Of a DNA stretch of 64,000 bases, positions 35,801-49,357 are shown one piece after another. Both the position numbers and the translations under genes were made by a program. The DNA comes from Podarcis liolepis (lineage: Eukaryota). The stretch's first letter is position 1, and each line of letters starts with the position of its first letter. Under the pieces are notes generated by a model that was not told where the DNA came from, did no database searches, and worked only from the letters and a program-made list of their open reading frames with translations. The stretch lies in NCBI GenBank assembly GCA_965112155.1, contig OZ218111.1; one strand, 5' to 3'.

Positions 35801-37552
35801 ACCCCGCTGCAACAGCTTTAATAAAGATCAGGCGTACGATCTGCTTTGCTTCTCAATATTCTCTGGTTGGCCTTTTATTTTCTCCTACCAATGGAGAACC
35901 TACAAAGGACTCTATAAGGGCTCTTGTGTACCCCATAGAGGAATAAGGGCAGATTTTGTTTACAATATAGTAGTAGGAAATTACACATGGTGTGGAGAAA
36001 GCAGACAGTGATAACCAAACAGGTCATCCAATGAAGCTGAATGTAGGGAGATTCGAGACAAACAGAAGGAAAATTGTTCATGCAGCACACAGTTAAACTG
36101 CGGAATTCGCTCCCACAGGAGGCAGTGAGGCTACTATAGGTGAGAAGGGCCACAGTTCTGGTAGAACACCTGCTTTACATTCAGGTGTTCAATCCTTGGT
36201 ATCTCCAGGTAGGGTTGGGAAATCTGAAGAGTTGTTGCCAGTGAATAATACTGAGCTAGATGGACCAAAGTACTAAGGCACTTTCCTGTGTTCTGTTGCA
36301 TGACAAGATGGGCTTTTGGTCTAATCCAGCCACAGAACTCATCTTACAGGTCTCGACCTTGAACCGTGAGGCCAGGTGAGCTTCCTCTATTCTCTGTTCC
36401 CCCCACCCAGACTGCTTAATGATTTTTCCATCTTCTGTAGCAATTGCAATGCTCTATTGTCAGATGCTGTATGATTTTATTCCGCGGTTTATTCTGCTCT
36501 GAGATGAAGGGTGGTATATAAATCAAACTACAAACAAACAAACAAACAAACAAACAGATTGATAGCAATACAACAAAATACGAAGAACACAAACAAATGA
36601 AACAAGCAATTAAATTATGGTTAAAAATCGATATGAACAGTTAAAGTAGACATGCCACAGTGACCTGAATGAAGAGCCTCTGACCAGTTTGTGAGCCCCT
36701 GCTCCAGAACAGCATTTTTCAATTTTCAGTCTCCAGATATTTTTGGACCTACAGCTGCCATCAGCCTCTCTGACCACTAGCTAAGCTAACTGGGGAGAGT
36801 GGAAGTTGTAGCCCAGAAGCACCTGGTTGAACAGTGCAATGGGGAACAGGGATGGCATGTCTCATTTAGTCACTTGAGGCAAAATGGAAAATGCCACCCT
36901 GCCCTGCTGCCTCCAGCTGCAGTGCCCCGCCCTGCCACCCTGGGGGCTATGAGGCAGCCTCACCCTGCCTAATATCTATGCCAGCCCTAATAGGAAAGGA
37001 CCATGTCAGCTCAGTGACAGTGCACCTGCTTTTGTATGCAGAAAGTCCAACCCCCAGGTCAGGCTGCGAGAAGACCCTGTCTGAAACCCCAGAATTGGCT
37101 GCCAGTCAGTGCAGCCAATGCGGGGGGAGATGGGCCACTGCTCTGAGTCAGCATAAGGCACCCCATGGCCTCGCCCTTGCTCAGCTGGCAGGATCTCTCG
37201 GCCCTGCTCACCTTGACGTGCTTCTTCACCACTTCGGTGCGCTGCAGGCGCTGGTCCTCGGGGATGCCGATTTCCTCCCAGATGTCGCGCAGCTGGAACA
37301 GCGCCTGGTTCAGGCAGGCCACCGACTCGCTGGCCAAAACCTCGCTGCGAGAGAGGGAAGGTAGTCCGTCAGGGGCGGAAAAAGGAACCCTCCCCATGAC
37401 CGACCAGCCACCTGGGAAGAGAGCGACGCTCCGGGGCAGAGGCCGCTCCTGGCTCGCAGCGAGGCGACTGCGGAGTTACACCGGACGGGCAGCCGCCTGC
37501 GAACCAGAGAGTGCCCCCTACTTCGTCCTCCAAATGCCCACCTCTTCCTCAT
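29876..37552 (-). CDS. PRC1: Protein regulator of cytokinesis 1 (MAP65/Ase1 family)
   Basis: Minus-strand exons 37552-37542, 37344-37212, 34927-34805, 34717-34484, 34393-34223, 34117-33968, 33714-33567, 33468-33332, 33202-33107, 32991-32845, 32303-32193, 31371-31273, 30816-30637, 29953-29876. Motifs MRKSEVLA, RFTNRGGNLLKEEK, YGSTPRTP and SINSVASTYSEFA. Confidence 0.97.
35368..35964 (+). mobile_element. Solo LTR (597 bp) in PRC1 intron 2
   Basis: TGT...ACA termini, 4-bp TSD ATAT (35364-35367 and 35965-35968), TATATAA at 35738 and AATAAA at 35820. It interrupts a CR1-like fragment. Confidence 0.85.
36531..36556. repeat. (CAAA)n microsatellite
   Basis: caaacaaacaaac... run seen directly in the sequence. 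Confidence 0.85.
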
Positions 37553-37679
37553 GGCCGCGGGTATCCGCCAAGGCCAGCCAGCCCACTTCTCTCCCTCTTG
37601 CTCTCTAGCTCGCTGCTGCCACCGCCGCTGCTTATTCGGCTCCGCGTCGCGCAACTCCGCTAGCCGTTGCGCCTCCGCC

Positions 37680-37810
37680 TAGAATTCAAACTCTACCCCG
37701 CCGCCCCCTGATTGGCTTCCGTATAAGGCGCCGCCACGCCCCCAACTGCCAGACGGACGACACCTCCCTGGCGTTTATTCCGTCAGAGCGTTCGTTCTGC
37801 CCAATGAGAG
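37680..37810 (-). promoter_or_regulatory. PRC1 promoter: CHR (TTTGAA) with an upstream GC-rich CDE-like site and CCAAT boxes in a CpG island
   Basis: ttcaaa at 37685-37690 (minus-strand GGCGGGGTAGAG-TTTGAA), attgg at 37711 and ccaat at 37802, about 130-250 bp upstream of the ATG. Confidence 0.7.
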
Positions 37811-38333
37811 GGAAGCGCTGTTTTCACTGTAGCCTATCGGAGGGTAGCAACGTAGAAGGAAGGAACGTAACAGTTGCACAAGTACGGTGCTTTGCGCGAG
37901 GCGAATTTCAATGCGTCAAGCATCTCCTCTGACATAGCGCTGCGGAGGAGGAGCCGGCCCGGTCAAGCGGAGCGTGGATTGGAGTGGGGACCCGCCCACC
38001 GGCTTTTCTAGCCCCTGCTTTAAAAGTAGGGTTGGGGCCGGACGGAGCGGGTCCTCCCTCTGCAAAACGGGCCCGGGGATTCCCCGGAATGCGCACTGAT
38101 TTTGCTGGAGGGGATGGGTGCCACCCACCCACCCCCTGGTCTCTGCCCAGGCCAGGGGGAGGGGAGGAAAACGGCAACGGCCAGGCGACTGCAGCCAGCA
38201 CGGAGGGAGCAGTTGCCATAGCCCCGGGACCCCTTTCGTGGGCCATGGAGGCAAATGAGGCGCTGCCCCACACCGTCAGGCTACCGCCCCCACCTGCCTG
38301 CCTCCTTCCTGACGACCAGGGGTGGTTCTAGTC

Positions 38334-38468
38334 CAGGCTTCCTCAACCTCGGCCCTCCAGATGTTTTGAGACTACAATTCCCATCATCCCTGACCACTAG
38401 TCCTGCTAGCTAGGGATCATGCAAGTTGCAAGCCAAAAACATCTGCAGGGCCAGGTTAAGGAAGCCTG
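38334..38468. mobile_element. hAT (URR1-like) MITE
   Basis: TIRs CAGGCTTCCTCAACCT...AGGTTAAGGAAGCCTG, internal gactacaattcccatcatccc motif, and an 8-bp near-TSD ttctagtc/ttctagcc. Confidence 0.8.
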
Positions 38469-40819
38469 TTCTAGCCTGTCAGTCCTAGAGCGCCAGTGTG
38501 CTTTAGTGGTTGGAGGTTAAGTCTGCTCAGCACATTCTATGACTGCTCTCAATCTAACCTACCTCGCAGGGTTGTTCTGAGGGTAAAATGGAGAAGCGGG
38601 TAGAAGCACACGCACTGTCTTGATATCATTGGAGGAAGAAAGATGGGATAGAAATGTAATCAATAAAAGAAAAATTGGCTCTGGTTCTACCTACTTGGTC
38701 TTTCTGCCAGTCCCAGTGGGCACCAACCACCAGCGTTTTGCATTGCCCAGCATTCTTGACAAAGGCACACTTTCCCCTTCAGGGGGTCTTGAGTGCTTGT
38801 CCACAAGGCTGTGCATCTCTTCTGCCAAAGGGCCAAAGTCTATGCTGTGCTGTGCTGTTCCTCCCAAAAATTGTGTGACTTGCACTCCTGTTTGCTTGCA
38901 CAGCGGGTGGCAGGCACTACCACCATTGCCATAGGAAGGTGATGCTGGAGTGCCATTGCTGTGTATGCCAAAGGGGGAAGATGGTCCTGGGGCTTCCACC
39001 CTCCATGGGGTGTCATGACTCTGGCAGCTGATGCTTGGTGGGCACTGCCAGTCTTGCTATCCTTTCTGTTTTTGGTGCATTTCCTTCCGAGGGTTGTGTT
39101 TGTTCCGCCTGAGCCCCCCTCCCCCATGACTGTAGGATCTGGCGGCCAGCCATTCTCTCCACTCCTTGCTGTAGCTTGCGCATTGGATTACTCACCTTCC
39201 TTCCCAAGGGAAAAATATCCACACCTCGTCTGAGTAGGCAGCTTCTCCTGCAGCAAAGAAAGTCGAGAAAGCAAGCAGATAGAGGAAAGTGCTGCTGTGT
39301 GTTTCCCAGAAGCAGAAAGCGTTTTTTGACATACTGTCCTAGGGTCTCATTTGGCCAAAGGTCTGAATGGCCTATGACTCTTATCTTCCACAATACACCA
39401 GCAGACATGAGCTTTCTTTGCACCATCATGCAGTTGTTTTGTACGGTGACAGTTTCTCTTATCTCTTCTGCCTCTTCTAAACAGTGGGGGGGGGGTGTCC
39501 TATTTTCCTTCCTCCTTTTTTATTATTACCTGTCCTTCACCCTGAGGTCCCAGCATAGGTTCAGCATTAACAATATTAAAAAACAATACAACTTACAACC
39601 ATAAAATTAAGGTGCACCCTAAAAACACACCTCAAATGTCAAAAGCTAGGACAAAGAAGTGCATCTTCAGCATTATCCAAAAGCTGTACAATGAAGGCAC
39701 TGGATGCACCTCTGTAGGGAGTTCTACAGCTTAGGGACTGTTGCAGAGAAGGCCCTCTTCTGGGCTGCCCCCCTCCACCTTTGACGGTGGAGGAACTACC
39801 AAGAGGGCCCCAACTGCCCCCAAGACGGTCTGTAGGGAAGGAGGTAGAATTTCTGATATTTGGGAACCTCCCTTCTCTGTTGCTTTTTCACTCTTGTGCT
39901 TTTATGTCGTGATCTATTTTATTTGAAATTCTTATTTTTATGTATCCCTTAGCCCTAACACTTTAACTAAAAAAAAGCATATAAAACCTTAGTAATAAAT
40001 GCAAATAGTTGTTTAGTCATTTTGGCAACTGGAGCTCAGTTTTCTTTTGGATCTTGCACAGACCCTGAGGCTGAAAGAGGCTCTTTTTCGTTGAGGGGAG
40101 AGGGTCTGCAATGGCTTCCTCTTCTCTCCTGTGTGCTGAGGCAGTCTCCCTGGGGGCCAGGGCCCTTCCCAGCTCCCACTGGTTTTGTGCCACTCCCCTA
40201 CAGCTACAGCAGCCTTCCTTCCCTCCCCCCCCCCCCCGCTTCTTGGTTGGCTTCACTGATCTGTTGGCAGAAGCTCCAAAGCACCTTAAACCGGGTAGTC
40301 AATGACAAAAGAAGCAGTTTCCCTGCCAGCACACTTTCCCCATATTGAGACGGAGGGAGAAAGAAGAAAGAGCAGGTGCTCAGACCAGTTACCAGACACA
40401 TCTTTATTGCACTGCTCAAACTGGCAGGAGGAGTCACGTTTGCAGGTGACCACCTCTCCCTGCATACTCCCAGTGCTATGGCAGGCCAGGAGGAGTCGCA
40501 GTGGAAGGAGGCAGTGGAAGGCCAAGTGTCTCCAGGGTGGGTGAAGGAAAGGCCTCTCACTGGACAGGAGGCAGCCCAAAGTTCAAAGCAGTGGAGAGTC
40601 AAGCTCCTGAAAGAACAGCCCGTTGCCTGCCATGGGCGGGCTGAGCAAGAAGGAAGAGACGTCCAAGCCCAGATTTCTTGCTGGGTAGAGAAACAACTCG
40701 CCAGCTGCCAGCCTACAGGAAGCAGTGGGGAGACTTTCCAGGTAGCATTGCTGCAATATCTGAGGGCTGCCACAGCTGCTTGAAGTATGCACATCGCCCA
40801 TGCCTTGCTGCAGAAGCTC

Positions 40820-43800
40820 TCATGCCCTTGTCTCTATCATTGATTCCAGCAGCCGGGCACTGTTGGTGATGGCTGTCGTCAGGAAGATGAACCTGATCCC
40901 TGCAAAAAGGGGAGCCAGAGAATGAAATTGCAAAAGGCAAACACAGGCTGCCTGGAGTCTGGTGAGAACAAAAGCCTCCACTGGCTTGCTCTAAGAGAGG
41001 CAAAAATAGCTAAATTCAAAGCCTTGAAAATATGTTAATTTAGGAAGCTTGCATGTGTTTGCTTATCTGCATAATTTATTAAACAATGTATTACAAGGAG
41101 CTATACAGAGAGGCCTCTCCAGCTTCTGATCCCTTTTTCAAACTTCATAAGAGCTAAATTCTTGCTTTCCTCTTACATTTAAAATAGTCTTTAAAAAGAT
41201 GTATTATGCCAAACAAACAGTTATCTGGGATCATAAAACAGGGAAGGCCCACTGCCAGTTCCCAAGACGCTGCTGCCTCTGGCTCAAGGATTGCTTTTAC
41301 CTCTTTCTCTGCCAAGGAAGCGAAGAGCTGAGATCTCAGAGAAGGTGCAGCCACCTAAGAAGATGGCCAGAACGATGCGCTGGGAGTCCCAGGCAGGATT
41401 CTCCTCCACAGTGGTATCTGCAAGGAGAACAGAGGAGGATGCAGCTGGTCTCCCTTGGTTTAATTCCAAGGAAATGCTTAAGCTCTAGGCAGGCATGAAC
41501 ACACAACTGAAGCAGGTGTATTTGTGTGTGTTAGTGTTATATATCAGGGAGGGCTGGGGGGGGGGGCTCTGCCTCAATCCCCAGAGAGCTGCTCTCAGTC
41601 AGTGTCCTAGATGGTATGAAGCACCTTCCTCACTTCAAGCTCTGGTGCTTGATAATGTTGTGTTTTACAAAAATGTATTAACCACCTTGGTTAGTTTTTT
41701 CAAAAACTCAAGAAGGCATGCTGCATTTTTTAAAAATAATGAGTATAATGTCTAACCACCACTCCAGAGATACAACAGAGGGAACGTACACAGCTTCCTG
41801 TACTGCTCAGGCTATGGCGAATCCCCACACCACTCCATGCCCAGAGGACGTATGTTATCACATGTGGGGGAAATGATAACAAGAGAATACCCCATGGGGT
41901 GAAAGAGTATTGACAGAGCATGTTGGTGCTGCCCACTCTTTGCTCTCAGCCACTGACCTGCCACAGAAAATTCATTTCCCCCGAGGAGCCGCACCACCTC
42001 CTCCAGGCCCAGCCAGCTCTTGCGCTCCAGCACCTGCATGAGGCAGCCAAGATGGCAGTAGAGTTAGCAGAAGCCACAATAAGGGACATGGGCACTGGGG
42101 CCTCTCTTGGGAGGCTGGCCAGGGCCACACGGGAAGAGGGGAGATCTGGTTTGCACCTGCTCTATCAACTTGCAGCTCAGGGGGATGTAGGCACCGCTGA
42201 AGACGTACGCCATGTCCCGGGGCACTTTCAGGTTGTACTCGCCATCCACACGGGGGATCTGGAGAAGGGGGAGAGATTTGTCTTATCAGGATGCCTGCTG
42301 CCCCACACCGACCTCACGGCTCCACCCCCCGCATAGCACTCACTAGTCCCAGCTTCTTGCTGATGCCTCGGAAATTGCTCTTCCTGGCTAGTGAGTTGAA
42401 GGCATCTGAGAGCTTCCCTGGAAGAGGAGGGCAAAAGGAAGCTGGTCATTGGGGCCAACAAGGTTTCAAGGAGCACTGAGCTCGTCTGCTCTGCTGAGGA
42501 GCTGCTCCTTCCTGGCTCATCAGGATGCCCCTCCACAGGACACACAGAGGCTCCAAAGGGAAACTGCTGCTGCAGGATGCTGTACCTGCCGCTCTGTCTG
42601 TCACCAGCTTGCTGACTTTGTTCTCCACGGCTGTCAGGGTCTCCCCTGGCACCTGCTCTGTCAGGAGCCCCAGGTGCTTCAGGTTATGGAAGGTCAGCAG
42701 ATGCTCTGGTCCATAGCTCTAGAAGGGAAGGGTGGGGGGAGATGAGCATAAGGGCAGAGGAGGACTGCAGGGGATCACAACAAAGGGGAGCATGAGTCCA
42801 GCAGGACCAGCACCAGCCAGGAGGAACTGCACATCTACAGAGGCTCAGGAAAGCCAATTTCCCTCTCCTCCAGCCCAAAGGAGGGCTGCTTCCTTCCCAC
42901 CTCACCTGGAGGTACTGGGTTTTCAGGGAGCGATAGTCCTTGGGGGCGAACCCTGGAGCAACCAGAAGAAAGGAGATGTGAATGCGCTGCAGCACACCCC
43001 TGCACGCTCCCATGGCTCCCCTCCTCCTGCAGCAGAGCACCCACCGTTCTCCGTGATGGACAGCAGGCACAGCATGCGCAAACTCTCAAGGGGGGAGACC
43101 TGCAAGGAGGGAGAAAGAAATTTTAACTTTTTGTACAATTATATGATCTGGTAAACCCAGACACCAACTGAGGTCAGTTCTTGCATTTTCTCCCCACCCC
43201 GGGCCTCTCCCTTACCTGTCGGTCAATGTGCTCTTCAATGAAGCTGATACTGTCGCGGAGGTCAAATCCTTCCAGGAGGGCTGCAAAGGCAAGCGGGGCA
43301 GGGGGCGGGGAGAGCAGAATCAGCCCATTCTTTCTAACTCTACTAGAGAGTTTCAGTATGCTCCCCCTCCCCTCAAAAAAATCCCTTTGCTTCCCAGCAG
43401 CATATCTTGCAACAGCCATGCTCAGAGGCACTTGTAAACCTTCTGGGTTAGAAAGCACAAACTGTTCCATAAGAATCCATCAGTTGAGGCTGAGAACCCT
43501 CTTAACTGTACCGGTTTTGAAACAGAAAGGAGCCCTGAGATTGGCAAGCATGGGGGGTTCCCTCTCCGGTCACCCCATTGTCTCTCTTGCCTTCCAGTCT
43601 AACTCCCCAAATTCAGCACCTGAGTATTATCATCAAGTTCAACCGCTATAGGTCTTCAACTGCAATAGATAAATTCTTGATTGTTTAGTGGTCCAAATCT
43701 TGGGTGTAGCAAGCATGGAATTTCAGTTGAGGGGAGAGAAATAGCAACAAGAACATCTAAGGCACTGAGGGCTTTTGGTTTTTTTTCCAAAACTCAGGAG

Positions 43801-46800
43801 GCAGTAAGATATTCTAGAAGCCTGAAAAGATGTAAAACCAGCTTCCTGGCTTCTTCAGCTACTGAGCACCTGGATTTTTACATGCCTGAAAATGAGGCTC
43901 TTAGGGCTCAGGAAGCTAGATCGAGTGGGGAAAGGTCAGAATCTCACCATGCTCTGTCTTCAGCAGCTCCTGGAAATCTTGCTTGGTTTTTTTCTTCATG
44001 ATGGATTCGCATGCTCCAATATCTGCAGGCACAAGAAGACTCGAACTAGGGCAGCACTAATCAAGGGAGGCACTGACCCAGAGGAAAAGACAAATCACAA
44101 GCTGTTGCTGACAGGGGATGGAGTTTACAGCACTGCAGGGGTGCACAGCACTCTTCCCACCCTCTCTCCTTGTGCCACTTCAACCCCATTGTTCTTCTGC
44201 TCTCCATGGGCAAAAGGCAGGATGTGGCTCATGGGCTACAGATTCCCCACCCCAGAACGAGGCTACCGGGTCTGTAGAAGGAAGTCAGTGATGACACTCT
44301 GCTGCTCCTAGCTGCTCCTCCCCCATTTGATGTTGTTGCCCCAGGAGGGAGAGGAGGAGACCTACGGAGACTCAACAGGCGATGCTCTTGCTTCAAGCCT
44401 TTCAGTTCCTGGGAGACAAAGTTCTTCATCTGCTTGATGTCCATCCCTCGCCGTCGCTACAAAGGGAGAACACTTCTTGCATCCTGAGGCATCCAGGAAT
44501 CCTACCCGCCCCCCACTGCCCCTCTCCGCTTATCCCACTCACGTCATACTGCGCCTGCAGGTTCCGGGCCTTCTGGCTCAGGAAACCGAAGACACTGGAG
44601 AAGTGCTCGTTGCGGATCTGACTGAAGACCTGCAGGGAGAGGCAAGTAGGGTGGCCAGACAGCACCTAGCTCCCCCCACCCCCATTTAGGCCAACCCTCA
44701 GCTCACAGCACTAGTGCTCCCACCACTTGCCCCCACAACAGGGCAGCACCTTCTGCTGCTATCGAGAGGCCTTAAATTCCCTGACCAAGCCTGCCTTCAG
44801 GAGGAGAAGGGAAGGCAGACACTCACCTTGTCCTGAGCATTTAGCAGGACTTTGATGCTCCGATCGGAGGAGGTGACATCTGGGCCAAAGTCAACGCTCC
44901 CTGCAGAAAGTGAATTCACCAGGGTGCTCGCTTGACAGGACATCTGGCCTGCGAGCAGCCTCTGCCCCCAAGTGTCAGCTGATCAATGACTGTTCTGGGA
45001 GGCAGGCAGGCCCTCCTGACCTTTGGAGAGGTAGCAGGTGGGGAAGCAGCCCCCCCAGGAATGGAAACTTACCACACTTGATGCGGAAGGTATCGTCCAC
45101 CAGGCCTTCGTACACAACCTGGGAACAAAGGGCTGTGACATAATCCACGTCTGAAAAGAGAGCCAGGAGAGGGGTGAGATGGGCAGGTGGCAGAAAAGAG
45201 TATCAGAACAGAAGGGGACACCTCCTGGGAGGAGAGGGGGTGTACACCCTAGGCTTCTTCCCCACCCACACCCATAAGAGGAAAGGGCCATCCTAGGCAG
45301 AGAAACTGCCTTGCATGCAGAGGGCATCAGGTTCAATGGCATCTCCAGGCAAGAGCTGGGAGAGAGACTCTGCCTGAAATCCTGAATAGCTGCCCCTAGA
45401 GCTAGGTGGACCAAAGATCTGAATTCACTGAAGACAGGGTCCCACGTCCAGGAGATCTGTTTTGTTTTACAGCATTTCATGCATCTCAGCTTAGCAAAAA
45501 TAGCTGTACTTGCTTGAATTACACAGATGAATGCTTAGGCTCCTTCAGAAACTTCCAGTCACGACCTTGGGCCAGGACTCCAGGCATGACACCAGGCCCC
45601 ATCTGCCCGTCTAACAGAACCTACTTCTCATGCCCTTACCTCTGTCCACAAGGAATATGTGACCAATCTCTGGCTTCCGGCCCACACTGTCAACGTCGCT
45701 TTCCTCCACCACTTCACGCCAGAGTTCATGGACCATCTGGGAGAAGATCAGACCTGCCCGTCAGCCCAACCAGTGTAGCTGGGAGGGGCCCCCATCAAGG
45801 AGGCAGGAATCCTGCCTCTGACCCCAACAGCCCTGTTTAAGTGACTTGACAGAATCCAGCTGCTTGCTTGTCTTGCACTAACTTTGCTACCCACTATGAT
45901 ATGATTCTAAGGTCTCACCAATGTGGAGGAAAGCTCTTGGAAACATTTGTATTCAGAGCTCTTTCTGCTATATACTCAATACATGCCCACCCCATCCTAC
46001 CCAGAGACTTTCTGCTCTCTGGACCAGGCCCCTCTCACATTCTTTCAGCTGATCCTCCTGTACCAACAAGGCCCCACCTTAGCACACCGGCCAATTCCGT
46101 AGGTCCTGCTGAATGGTCCATAGAGAGAGTTCATCAGTTGCAAGGCCTGGGCCACGGTGCTGATCCAGCGCTGGTCTCCTTCCTACTGGGGCACAAGAGA
46201 AGGAAGCTGTGATTGACACAAGAGGGTGGAAATTGAAGTTGTGCCTAAAATTCTTGAGCTGGTACTTGCGATGTGACACTGAGGCAAACAAGGGGGAGGA
46301 GGGCAGTGTGAATAGATAGGGACATTGCAGGAGTCAATACTGACCAGGAAATAGTCACGGAAGAATTCCGGGAGCTCCATGCTGATGATGTCATCGTCCA
46401 AAGGGAGTAAGTAGAAGGACCACTCATCCCAGGTCACGTCTGCCAAGGAACCAGGACAACACAAGGGGGATTTTGCCTTTGACCCCTGATACAACCTCTC
46501 CAATGCCTTAAATTAGCTGCTTGGAGTAACTCAGGTGACTGGTCAGAGGTGTTTTTTTAACTTTATTTTAAACGTAGCAATATTACTTATTCATTCATTC
46601 TTCTTATACCCAACCCTTCCTCCTGGTATTGCCCAGCATAGTGAACAATCATCTTAAAACATGATCAAAATACCTTAAAAGATGAAAAACTAACCACAAA
46701 TTAATACAACACAGATCAATCCCATACACGGAACAATGAACACTGGCATATTCAGACTGCAATCTTATGCCATTTAACTGGAAGTTAGCCTTATGAAACA

Positions 46801-49357
46801 CAGTGCGTCTTACTTTTGAGTAAGCATGAACAGGACAGCATTGCTCAAAGTTTCTGAGCTTGGGGAAGGGGATGCCGGGGAGCCAATCACCAGCTGAACT
46901 GCTGCTTTCCTCAAGTACAGCCCCCTCCCCACCCGCTGACTTTGATCCTGATGTCCTGCCAAGCAAAATCTCTGTTCTCCGTCTCTGAAACTCACCCCCA
47001 TAGATCCCCTCTTCTTCCAGCACCATCTCACATGTGTAGAACTGGAAAGGGTTGGAGAAGACAATCAGCTCCGGGCAGCCTTGGGAACAAGCAGTCTAAG
47101 TGTCCCTAGAACCCCCTTCTACTGAGAAAAACTGATGAGACTCCTCCAAGATCAGAGGAGGGTGTTTTACAGGCACAACCAATTTTAGCCTCTAAACTGT
47201 TGCAGAGAGTGAAATTGGCAGTGGCTAAATTGAAACATGTTAAGCTCAACCAAACGTCTGGGGGCTTGGGAGATAAAAGAGACCCCCCTAATTCTACACC
47301 CACATACCACCCACTGCCCAGACTACACAGGAAGCTGCCTTATAACAAATCAGAACATTGGTTCATCTAGCTCAGTATTGCCCACAAATCAATGCATCTT
47401 AGAGCTGGGCAGCCCAGGCAGCAGCCACAGCCCAGACTGGGAAATACCACCCAGCCAGAGGGACCAGCCAGCCAGCAGCACTTCAGAAGGTCCACACATC
47501 ACAACATTGCTGAGCTACCCCTGGACTACTTGGAAGGTAAATCCCAAGAAACCCGACCCCACAACTCCCGGCTACAAGAGACTCGCCTTCTGAGGACTGA
47601 AGATAATCTTGTACTTGCGGGTCCGGCCAGCTGCCTTATCGGCGTTTACTATGTCTAGGGGGAAAAAATGAATCAAGGAGCAGGCAAGGCTGGCCAAGCC
47701 CTTTCTAGGCAATCCAGGAAAAGGCTGTCCACATTTTTTTATTTAGAATATTTTTAATTTAATCTCAAGGCAGCTTTGCAACAGATTGTAATAATACAGA
47801 ACACCCCAGGAACTTGCACAAAGACCCCTTAGTCCCATACTCTTGCAGCTTGGGGTGTGTGGTAGAAATACCTGTTGAGATAGATGCAGGTAGGCAGACT
47901 GCCAAGAACCAGGAGAAGAGACAGGCTGAAACCCACTCCCCAATTACCCAGCATCCCCCTGAATTCTGGTAGCAGCCTGAAACATTACCATAGGCAGGGT
48001 AGATAAGACTTCTGGTCTAACCTAGTCATGATACCCTTCTTCCATAATTGCTCAGGGCACTGCTATAATCAGACCACTACACGGTTCATATTCCTTTCAG
48101 AGGTGCTCAGCACAGACTGTCCATACTGGGACCTCCTGCTAAGCCTGGGAGCTAGGAAGCAGCCTTGGTCCATTTAGTTCAGTATTTTCTACACTGACTG
48201 GCAGCAGTTCTCCAAGGTTTGAGGCAGGGAGACATTCCCAGCCCTACCTGGAGATTGAACCTGGAACTTTTGGCATGTAAATCAGATCTACCACTGACAA
48301 CTACCATTATTGCTCCTCCCTCAGGCCAGCACATGCAAACCCCCAGCTTACCTGCCACGTACTTCATGTTCCTGATCCGTGGCCGCACCAAAAAGCACAA
48401 TCTTGGGAGAAAGAAACAAAACAGACAACATGAAAGGAGTAGTCTTAGAAACAGCTCTGCTCTGTCTGCCTGTGGGTGACCTTGTCCCATGGCTCAGGGA
48501 TGGAGAAACACCGCCTTTCCCTGGCAAGCAGAAAAGAGGCAGGCAGGCAACCCCATGCAGCAGGCTCAGTAAGCCCTGGCCAAACAGGGCAGGCCTCCTG
48601 CCTCACACTTACTGATCACTGGTACTGTGGGCTGGTTTATTCTCCACTTTGTAAAGTTTGTCCACTTCATGTTGCTGCAAAGAGAGATGGAAGCAGAGTG
48701 ATCAGCTCCACATCCTGCACAGCACCCCTGCTTCTTGAGGGTGGTGGTGGTGGTGGTGGGGTGACTCCCTTTTCCTCTTTCCCCATTTCCTCTGATTTAT
48801 GCAGCAACGAAATTGGACAGAAGTTGCCAGTAGGCACAGCTAAAGTGGGATCCTCCACGTTCAGTTCCTCACCCCAGCATCCTCATGTCAGTCTCCCCGC
48901 CCCTTGCCCTTTTCTCCTAGGTGAGCTTTTGTGCTTTCAGCAGCTGCCTTAAAGCCCGGGGAGTCGCAACATGGGAAGCCTTCCCACCGCTGTCCGTACT
49001 ACAAGGGGGCGGGGGCGAGAAGCTGCTCCTGCCGAATTACTGCCTGCCTGAAAGAGCAGGAAGAGGAAGCAAGCGGGGAGCTCCTCGCGCACCTTGAGGA
49101 TGGAGACGTTGGCGATGCGGTCGAGGGGGCTCATCAGGTCGGCCTCGATGAACAAATCTTTCTTGCCGGGGAGCTGCAGCGAGACGGAGAAAGAGGCGAA
49201 GCGTCATTGCCAGGCAAGGGCCATGGGGAGCAGCTTTCGCCCCAGTACCCGCCCATCCCACCTGCTCCAGCAAGTAGACCAGCTGGTCCCGCGCCAGGCG
49301 CTTCAGAAGACTGAAGTCCGGCAGCTCCGGGGCGTCGCGGTGGCCGGGGGATGCCAT
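40820..49357 (-). CDS. VPS33B: Vacuolar protein sorting 33B (Sec1/Munc18 family), 23 coding exons
   Basis: Minus-strand exons 49357-49262, 49173-49093, 48674-48613, 48401-48352, 47654-47587, 47041-46996, 46439-46345, 46182-46078, 45736-45640, 45150-45073, 44900-44827, 44629-44543, 44456-44366, 44022-43948, 43280-43216, 43099-43045, 42952-42906, 42718-42586, 42417-42344, 42258-42157, 42033-41958, 41417-41301, 40899-40820. Motifs [34 protein letters not shown] and [17 protein letters not shown]. Minus-strand AATAAA at 40403-40408. Confidence 0.97.
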
